Source: an uncultured Gammaproteobacteria bacterium (GTDB lineage: Bacteria; Patescibacteriota; Microgenomatia; Levybacterales; UBA12049). Taken from it: a DNA stretch of 64,000 nt. The notes beneath the pieces are model-generated. The model worked only from the letters and a program-made list of their open reading frames with translations. It did not search any database and was not told the DNA's origin. Shown here piece after piece: positions 57,784 to 64,000 of this stretch (positions are counted from its first letter, which is position 1; every line of letters starts with the position of its first letter). A program made the position numbers and the translations under genes. The stretch lies in assembly GCA_964416445.1 (NCBI GenBank), contig CAYQEE010000008.1, positions 6,450 to 70,449 on the forward strand, written 5' to 3'.

Positions 57784-59062
57784 TATTCTTACAGTTTTTA
57801 AAAATAGTTGGGAATCACCCGAAATTAGAAAAAAGCTACTTTTTACTGGACTTATCTTTATTATTTTTCGACTCTTCGCGCATATACCGGTTGCCGGAGT
57901 GAATTTAGCAAGTCTTCGATCACTCTTTTCTACAAACCAATTCCTGGGGCTATTAGATATTTTTTCAGGAGGTACACTCGCTAATTTTTCTGTCATGGCA
58001 CTTGGTTTAAATCCCTATATTAATGCATCTATTATTTTACAGTTATTAACGTTAGTATTTCCTCGCTTAGAGGAACTTTCAAAAGAAGGTGAATCAGGAA
58101 GACAAAAAATTAATCAGTATACAAGAATGCTTACGGTACCTTTAGCAGCATTGCAAGCGTTTGGTATGTATACTCTTCTTCGTAGCCAGCACATTATTGC
58201 AAATTTAGATATTCTGCATCTTGTTACTTTTGTTCTCACTATGACAGCTGGAACAATGTTATTAGTTTGGCTTGGAGAACTCATCACAGAAAGAGGCGTG
58301 GGAAATGGAGTTTCCTTACTTATCTTTGCTGGTATTGTTGGACGTCTTCCTGTTGCATTTAGCCAGACAGCATCTACGGCTAATGGTCAAAACTCATTTA
58401 ATATTTTATTTTTCGCAATCCTTGGCATTGTTGTCATCGCTTCAATAGTAGTAATTAATGAGGCAACTCGACAAATTACGGTATATTATGCCAAGCGAGT
58501 GAAAGGAAATAAAATGCTTGGTGGAGAATCAACGCATTTACCATTACGTCTTAATCAAGCAGGTGTTATTCCTATTATTTTTGCGGTTTCCATAGTACTT
58601 GTTCCCTCTCTTTTATCCAATTATTTTTTGAATTCGAAAGTTCCTGCATTACATGCAATAGCAACAGTATTAGCAGCAAATTTTAGTCCAAACAGTATTT
58701 TATATAATGTTGTATATTTTGTTCTTGTTGTAGGATTTACCTATTTTTATACGGCAATTATTTTTAACCCAAAGAAAATTGCTGAGGAAATCCAAAAATA
58801 TGGTGGTTTTATTCCAGGGATTCGTCCAGGAAATCCTACAGCACATTATTTAAATTACGTATTAACGCGTATTACTCTTGCTGGTGCGTTATTCCTCGGT
58901 ATTATTGCTATCTTTCCTGTTATTGCTCAGGCTCTTACTGGGGTACAAACATTATTACTCGGTGGTACGAGTATTCTTATCGTTGTGAGTGTTGTTCTTG
59001 AAACAGTAAAATCGATTGAAGCACAATTAGTTATGCGTAATTACGAAGCATTTGCACAATGA
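57776..59062 (+). CDS. secY: preprotein translocase subunit SecY
   Basis: 428 aa, 10 TM helices. [16 protein letters not shown] and [15 protein letters not shown] motifs. Confidence 0.95.
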   Translation: MNNILTVFKNSWESPEIRKKLLFTGLIFIIFRLFAHIPVAGVNLASLRSLFSTNQFLGLLDIFSGGTLANFSVMALGLNPYINASIILQLLTLVFPRLEELSKEGESGRQKINQYTRMLTVPLAALQAFGMYTLLRSQHIIANLDILHLVTFVLTMTAGTMLLVWLGELITERGVGNGVSLLIFAGIVGRLPVAFSQTASTANGQNSFNILFFAILGIVVIASIVVINEATRQITVYYAKRVKGNKMLGGESTHLPLRLNQAGVIPIIFAVSIVLVPSLLSNYFLNSKVPALHAIATVLAANFSPNSILYNVVYFVLVVGFTYFYTAIIFNPKKIAEEIQKYGGFIPGIRPGNPTAHYLNYVLTRITLAGALFLGIIAIFPVIAQALTGVQTLLLGGTSILIVVSVVLETVKSIEAQLVMRNYEAFAQ

Positions 59063-59604
59063 AAATAATACTTATTGGAATTCAAGGAGCCGGAAAATCA
59101 ACACAAGGGAATCTTCTTTCAAGAGAATTAGATATCCCGTATCTCTCTACTGGACATATTTTCCGGACTATCGCGCAAGAAAAATCGCCATTAGGAAGAT
59201 ATATTAAAGAAACAATGAATGCTGGTTACCTTATTCCTGATGAGAAAACACTTGAAATTGTGAGCGAATATCTTAATCGTCCTGAATATGCAAAAGGGTT
59301 TATTCTTGATGGATTTCCTCGTACTATTGCACAAGCAGATGCATTTCAAAATGGGATAGATAAAGTAATTTATTTAAACATTCCTGATAAGGAAGCGTTA
59401 TGGAGACTATCATTTCGAAATGAAAATCGAGCTGATGATACGTTAGGCGGCATTAGAAAACGAATAGAACTTTTCCATAAATTTACTGAACCAGTGATTG
59501 AATATTATCGAAAAAAAGGTCTGCTTGCAGAAATTAATGGCGAACAGTCGATTGAAGATATTCATAAAGAAATTATGAAAAATCTTCAGAAAACTCATGC
59601 ATAA
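59059..59604 (+). CDS. adk: adenylate kinase (short form, no zinc lid)
   Basis: [17 protein letters not shown]-loop, [14 protein letters not shown]. Confidence 0.9.
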   Translation: MKIILIGIQGAGKSTQGNLLSRELDIPYLSTGHIFRTIAQEKSPLGRYIKETMNAGYLIPDEKTLEIVSEYLNRPEYAKGFILDGFPRTIAQADAFQNGIDKVIYLNIPDKEALWRLSFRNENRADDTLGGIRKRIELFHKFTEPVIEYYRKKGLLAEINGEQSIEDIHKEIMKNLQKTHA

Positions 59605-60163
59605 CCAACCTCTTAATCAAAAACGAATCATAGCTTTTGTTGGCATGCCAGGAGCAGGGAAAAGTATTGCTGCTTCTTATTTGCGCGAAAAGCAATTTCC
59701 CATTGTTCGTTTTGGTGAGGTTACTGAAGCAAAATTACGAGAATTGCAGTTACCTATTACCCCGAAAAATGAAGAATTTGTACGGGAAGGCCTACGAAAA
59801 GAATTTGGTATGGCAGTTTACGCAATCCAATCAGTGGCTAAAATCAAGGAATTATTACAAGAAAACACGGCAGTTATTATTGATGGATTGTATTCATGGG
59901 AAGAATACCTTTATTTAAAGAAACAATTCCCTCACTTGCTTATTGTTCACATTTATACACAACCGGAAATACGGTATAAACGATTAGCAACCAGATCAGT
60001 CCGCGCATTTACCTATGAGGAAGCAACATTGCGAGATGTTCGAGAAATCGAGCATTTAAGTAAAGGTGGCCCAATTGCTATTGCAGATTATCTCATTGAT
60101 AATAACGGAAATATCACTGAATTACAGAAAAAAATTGATGAATTTTTAGAAAAATATCGTTAA
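59597..60163 (+). CDS. P-loop nucleotide/nucleoside kinase-like protein (AAA_17/18-type) inserted between adk and map
   Basis: 188 aa. IIAFVGMPGAGKSIAASYL Walker A. No close match to a named kinase family is recognisable by eye. Confidence 0.5.
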   Translation: MHNQPLNQKRIIAFVGMPGAGKSIAASYLREKQFPIVRFGEVTEAKLRELQLPITPKNEEFVREGLRKEFGMAVYAIQSVAKIKELLQENTAVIIDGLYSWEEYLYLKKQFPHLLIVHIYTQPEIRYKRLATRSVRAFTYEEATLRDVREIEHLSKGGPIAIADYLIDNNGNITELQKKIDEFLEKYR

Positions 60164-60166
60164 GAT

Positions 60167-60934
60167 ATGATACCAATTAAATCGCAAAAAGAAGTTGCAA
60201 TTATGAAAACAGCTGGTAAGATTTTAGCAGAGGTTCTTTTTGCTGTTCTTGACCAAGCAAAACCGGGCATTACGGAATTAGAGCTTGATTCACTCGCAGA
60301 AAAACTCATTATTGAAAAAGGAGGAGAACCAGGATTTAAAAAAGTACCAGGATATAAACATACCATTTGTGTTGCGACAAATGATATCGTTGTGCATGGC
60401 ATACCAACTCAACGGAAACTAAAAACGGGTGATATTATTGGGATAGATTGTGGCGTGTTTTTACATGGTTTTCACACTGATATGGCTGAAACGGTCTATG
60501 TTGGTGATACACAGTCCATGCCGAAGGAAATTGCTCGTTTCTTAGAGACCGGAAAACAAGGCATGCTTGATGGTATTGCTCAAGTAAAGCCAGGAAATCG
60601 AATCGGGCATATTTCTCGTGCGATTCAACAAAAAGTAGAAAAAATGGGAGGGTATGCAGTAACCAGAAGCTTAATCGGGCATGGAGTAGGTCGTAATTTA
60701 CATGAAGAACCTGAGGTTCCTGGCTATTTAGAAGGTCCTTTGGAAAAAACTCCTCTCTTGAAACCTGGCATGACAATCGCTGTTGAAGTCATTTATAACA
60801 TGGGGTCTGCCGATGTTATCTATTCAGGTACTGACGATTGGACTATTAAAACGGCCGATGGCAGTCTCGGTGGCCTATTTGAACGAACAGTTGAGGTTAC
60901 GGGAGATGGCCATACGATCATAACGAAGGTATAG
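60167..60934 (+). CDS. map: methionine aminopeptidase type I
   Basis: Pita-bread fold motifs. VHGIPT, DIIGIDCGV, HGVGRNLHEEP, EVIYNMG. Confidence 0.9.
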   Translation: MIPIKSQKEVAIMKTAGKILAEVLFAVLDQAKPGITELELDSLAEKLIIEKGGEPGFKKVPGYKHTICVATNDIVVHGIPTQRKLKTGDIIGIDCGVFLHGFHTDMAETVYVGDTQSMPKEIARFLETGKQGMLDGIAQVKPGNRIGHISRAIQQKVEKMGGYAVTRSLIGHGVGRNLHEEPEVPGYLEGPLEKTPLLKPGMTIAVEVIYNMGSADVIYSGTDDWTIKTADGSLGGLFERTVEVTGDGHTIITKV

Positions 60935-61043
60935 TTTTTATGTACAAAACGCTCATTTTTGATAAAAATGACGTTATTATTAGTAATTGCTCTTTGTATG
61001 GGTATTTGTTATAATAAATACTCAATCTTGTAAGATTATATAG

Positions 61044-61259
61044 ATGGCGCATCAAGGATCATTTGAGTTAGAAGGGGTAGTATTAGAATCACTGCCAAAT
61101 ACAATGTTTCGAGTACAATTACCCGATGGGTCAATTGTACTTTGTACGTTGTCTGGAAAGATGCGAATCAATTTTGTCAAAATTTTACCGGGAGATAGAG
61201 TTCGAATCGAAATGACTCCCTATGACAAGACAAGAGGGAGAATAACGTATAGGTTATAA
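61044..61259 (+). CDS. infA: translation initiation factor IF-1
   Basis: 71 aa S1/OB fold. [16 protein letters not shown]...[19 protein letters not shown]. Confidence 0.9.
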   Translation: MAHQGSFELEGVVLESLPNTMFRVQLPDGSIVLCTLSGKMRINFVKILPGDRVRIEMTPYDKTRGRITYRL

Positions 61260-61263
61260 AAAT

Positions 61264-61377
61264 ATGAAAGTACAAAGTAGTGTCAAACCAAGATGCGCAA
61301 AATGCAAAATAATAAAACGAAAAGGTGTTGTTCGAGTTGTGTGTGAAAATCCACGACATAAACAACGACAAGGATAA
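61264..61377 (+). CDS. rpmJ: 50S ribosomal protein L36
   Basis: Not in the ORF track (37 aa). [37 protein letters not shown], the canonical bacterial L36 zinc ribbon. Confidence 0.85.
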   Translation: MKVQSSVKPRCAKCKIIKRKGVVRVVCENPRHKQRQG

Positions 61378-61380
61378 ATT

Positions 61381-61797
61381 ATGAGAATTGTAGGAATCAA
61401 TATACCAGATGAAAAAAGAGTCGATATCTCATTAACGTATATTTATGGTATCGGAAGAAGTAACGTTCAAAATATTCTGAAAGTGGCAAATGTTGATTCG
61501 ACAAAACGAGTAAAAGATTTAAACGAAGAAGAGCAAAAAAGATTACTTGATGCAATTGCGCCATATAAAGTTGAAGGAGATCTTCGTGCAGAAATATCAT
61601 CAAATATTAAACGATTAAAAGATAATGGAAGTTATCGGGGTATGCGACATAGTAGAAACCTTCCTGCTCGTGGACAAAGAACTCGATCAAATGCTCGTAC
61701 GAAAAGAGGAAAGAGAATGACTATTGGAGCAATTAAGAAAGAAGTCGCAGCAAAAATGGGAATAACAGGGGATGCAAAACCAGCAGATAAAAAATAA
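61381..61797 (+). CDS. rpsM: 30S ribosomal protein S13
   Basis: MRIVGINIPDEKRVDISLTYIYGIG... Confidence 0.95.
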   Translation: MRIVGINIPDEKRVDISLTYIYGIGRSNVQNILKVANVDSTKRVKDLNEEEQKRLLDAIAPYKVEGDLRAEISSNIKRLKDNGSYRGMRHSRNLPARGQRTRSNARTKRGKRMTIGAIKKEVAAKMGITGDAKPADKK

Positions 61798-61802
61798 ATA
61801 CT

Positions 61803-62213
61803 ATGGCAGATAAAAAAACAACATCAGAAAAAACAGTAGTAAAAAAGAAAAAAGGTGGAGTTGTCGTCTCTCAAAAAGGAAAATTGTATATTACTGCAAC
61901 TTTTAATAATACATTAGTTACCATAACAAATGATAAAGGCGAAACGATTGCATGGAGTTCCTCAGGTTCTCGAGGATTTAAAGGGACAAGAAAATCAACT
62001 CCTTATGCAGGAGGCCTTGCTGTTGAAGATGCAGGAAAGAAGGCTTTTGAAAAAGGGTTACGAGTAGTAGATGTCTTTATTAAAGGCCCAGGATCAGGGA
62101 GAGATTCAGGATTACGAGCAGTTAAAACTGCAGGGCTTTCTATTTCATCAATTGCTGATATTACACCATTACCTCATAATGGACCACGGTCCAAGAAAAA
62201 GAGGAGAGTTTAA
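61803..62213 (+). CDS. rpsK: 30S ribosomal protein S11
   Basis: GKLYITATFNNTLVTITNDKGETIAWSSSG...TPLPHNGPRSKKKRRV. Confidence 0.95.
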   Translation: MADKKTTSEKTVVKKKKGGVVVSQKGKLYITATFNNTLVTITNDKGETIAWSSSGSRGFKGTRKSTPYAGGLAVEDAGKKAFEKGLRVVDVFIKGPGSGRDSGLRAVKTAGLSISSIADITPLPHNGPRSKKKRRV

Positions 62214-62220
62214 TTTTTAT

Positions 62221-62823
62221 ATGGCACGATATACTGGACCAAAACATAGAATTGCACGAAGAGAAGGAGTAAATATTCTCGATAAAACATCGACTTCATT
62301 ACAACGAAGGTTAAATACACCTCCCGGAGTTCATGGTGCAAAGCGAAAAAGAAAATTATCAGAATTTGGTGTGCAACTTCGTGAGAAACAAAAAGCAAAA
62401 GCTCTCTATGGTGTATTAGAAAAACAATTTAAAAATATGGTACAAATCGTTTCGAAACAAAAAGGGAATACGGGAGAATTACTTATTGCATCACTTGAGA
62501 GACGCCTTGATAATGTTGTTTATCGACTAGGATTTGCGCAATCAAGATATCATTCTCGTCAACTGGTAAGTCATGGCCACGTCTTAGTTAATGGAAAAAA
62601 ATTAAGTATCCCTTCTTATCTTGTTCAAGAAGGAGATATTATTTCGCTTGACGCTAAAATGCAAAGTAATGTTCATGTTACAAAACTATTGAGTGAAGAA
62701 AAAATTCTCTTACCATTTTTAGAGAAAAAAGGTACCGTTGGTAAGTTTATTCGGTTACCAAAACTTTCTGAAATTGAAACACCTTTTGATACGAGATTGA
62801 TTATTGAATATTATTCTAGGTAA
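62221..62823 (+). CDS. rpsD: 30S ribosomal protein S4
   Basis: ATG at 62221. MARYTGPKHRIARREG...S4 domain. The ORF-track upstream extension overlaps rpsK. Confidence 0.9.
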   Translation: MARYTGPKHRIARREGVNILDKTSTSLQRRLNTPPGVHGAKRKRKLSEFGVQLREKQKAKALYGVLEKQFKNMVQIVSKQKGNTGELLIASLERRLDNVVYRLGFAQSRYHSRQLVSHGHVLVNGKKLSIPSYLVQEGDIISLDAKMQSNVHVTKLLSEEKILLPFLEKKGTVGKFIRLPKLSEIETPFDTRLIIEYYSR

Positions 62824-62839
62824 TGATATAATACCTGTT

Positions 62840-63757
62840 ATGATTGATCCGATATTTACTGTTAAAGAAACAAAAACCACTGGCGTCTATGCACAATATA
62901 TTATTGGGCCTTTAGAGCCAGGTTATGGATATACACTTGGACACGCAATGCGTCGTATTCTTCTCACCTCAATTCCAGGTTCAGCGGTTACTTCAGTTCG
63001 GATTAACGGAGTTAAACATCGATTCTCACAATTACCAGGATTAAAAGAAAATATTGTTGATTTTCTTTTGAATCTAAAAGGATTATCCGTTCGACTTACT
63101 GGTAGTAAAAAATCAGCAACATTAAAACTTTCTGTAAAAGGACCAAAAGAGATCACTGCGGGCGATATTGAAGCAAGTGATGGTGTTGAAGTTATCAATA
63201 AAGACCATTATCTTGGTTATCTTTCAGATAAAAAGTTAGATATGGAAATGACTGTTGAAGAAGGTTTTGGTTATTCGTTAGCTGAAGAAAGAAACACGGA
63301 GGAAGTGGGTTCAATTCCTACAGATGCAATTTTTACACCAATTCAGCGGGTAAATTATACGGTGAGAGCTACCCGAGTTGGCCGAAGAACAAACTTCGAT
63401 GAATTAGTGTTAGAAATATGGACAAACGGTTCAATTACACCAAAAGAATCGCTTGATGAAACAGCAAAAATTCTAGCTGCATACTTTACACAAGTTTATC
63501 AGCCAAAAAGTACTGAACCAACAGAAAGTGTTGCTATTAGTCCATCAATTTCTGATGAACTCTTAAAAATGACAGTTGATGAATTAGATTTACCAACAAG
63601 AATTTATAACAGTCTTCGAAATGGGGGAATTGAAACTGTTGGTCAATTGCTCGGTACTCCAAGAAAAGATCTCGTTGCAATGCGAAATATGGGCACTAAG
63701 TCAATTGCAGTTATTGAAGAAAAACTTCGCGAAAAAGGTATTTCCTTATCAGTATAA
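62840..63757 (+). CDS. rpoA: DNA-directed RNA polymerase subunit alpha
   Basis: ATG at 62840. GPLEPGYGYTLGHAMRRILL matches the alpha NTD consensus. CTD LDLPTRIYNSLRNGGIETVGQL. Confidence 0.9.
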   Translation: MIDPIFTVKETKTTGVYAQYIIGPLEPGYGYTLGHAMRRILLTSIPGSAVTSVRINGVKHRFSQLPGLKENIVDFLLNLKGLSVRLTGSKKSATLKLSVKGPKEITAGDIEASDGVEVINKDHYLGYLSDKKLDMEMTVEEGFGYSLAEERNTEEVGSIPTDAIFTPIQRVNYTVRATRVGRRTNFDELVLEIWTNGSITPKESLDETAKILAAYFTQVYQPKSTEPTESVAISPSISDELLKMTVDELDLPTRIYNSLRNGGIETVGQLLGTPRKDLVAMRNMGTKSIAVIEEKLREKGISLSV

Positions 63758-63818
63758 GCGCAGTCTCGCACAATTACATCATTTCAATTAGGAGGTTGCG
63801 GGGTGGCGCTTTTCTATT

Positions 63819-64000
63819 ATGAAAAAACATGTTTTTGGTCGTAAATTACAGCGTGACAGTAATGAAAGAAAGGCTTTGTTTAAGAGTCTTATGTCCGCGT
63901 TAGTAATTCATGAACGTGTACAAACAACTGAAGCAAAAGCAAAATCTATAAAAGGATTAGTTGATAAGTTAATTACTAAAGCAAAAAAAGGTGGAGTTCC
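63819..64000 (+). CDS. rplQ: 50S ribosomal protein L17 (N-terminal part; continues beyond window)
   Basis: MKKHVFGRKLQRDSNERKALFKSLMSALVIHERVQTTEAKAK... Confidence 0.85.
   Translation, partial: MKKHVFGRKLQRDSNERKALFKSLMSALVIHERVQTTEAKAKSIKGLVDKLITKAKKGGV

Noticed and set aside
1-64000. CRISPR arrays, transposases, integrases, prophage genes
   Set aside because: No direct-repeat/spacer periodicity and no recognisable recombinase or phage structural proteins. The 40-kb accessory block shows no obvious mobile-element boundaries, although compositional analysis was not computed.

Overview
This is a low-GC bacterial window anchored by the str/S10/spc/alpha ribosomal gene clusters. rpoC (3' end), rpsL, rpsG and fusA are followed by about 40 kb of accessory genes. 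Then come tuf, rpsJ, rplC through rplQ, secY, adk, map, infA, rpmJ and rpoA. There is no rpmD (L30) between rpsE and rplO, a pattern associated with Candidate Phyla Radiation (CPR)-type reduced genomes. S14 is the short zinc type, and uL4 has a Lys-rich N-terminal extension. I found no tRNA, rRNA, CRISPR or transposase in the window.

The accessory block contains:
- a two-subunit ATP-citrate lyase (aclB and aclA);
- a complete mevalonate-to-polyprenyl locus with archaeal-type HMG-CoA synthase, thiolase and DUF35, class I HMG-CoA reductase, two mevalonate-kinase-like GHMP kinases, a mevalonate diphosphate decarboxylase, polyprenyl synthase and uppS;
- an ECF sigma factor with small anti-sigma-like membrane proteins;
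- a possible thiol S-conjugate processing module (two LmbE/PIG-L paralogues, a PLP C-S lyase, an M19 dipeptidase, an MFS transporter);
- several secreted or anchored proteins: a GH79 hydrolase with a dockerin, a GH18-like protein, a YVTD/PKD propeller, a BNR-like protein and a cyclophilin.

The most unusual element is a three-gene locus at 20473-27725. It encodes a roughly 100 aa two-helix pilin-like (VirB2/TrbC-like) protein and a 1235 aa protein with a signal peptide and about six transmembrane helices (VirB6/TrbL-like topology). The cytoplasmic C-terminus of that membrane protein is a tandem duplication made of a roughly 50 aa repeat. The third gene is a ClpA-like Hsp100 AAA+ ATPase that carries two copies of the same repeat at its own C-terminus and lacks both an M-domain and a ClpP-docking loop.

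Other unexplained items are a 392 aa ORF of unknown function inserted between rpsJ and rplC, and at least three intrinsic-terminator hairpins placed immediately upstream of start codons (attenuator-like).
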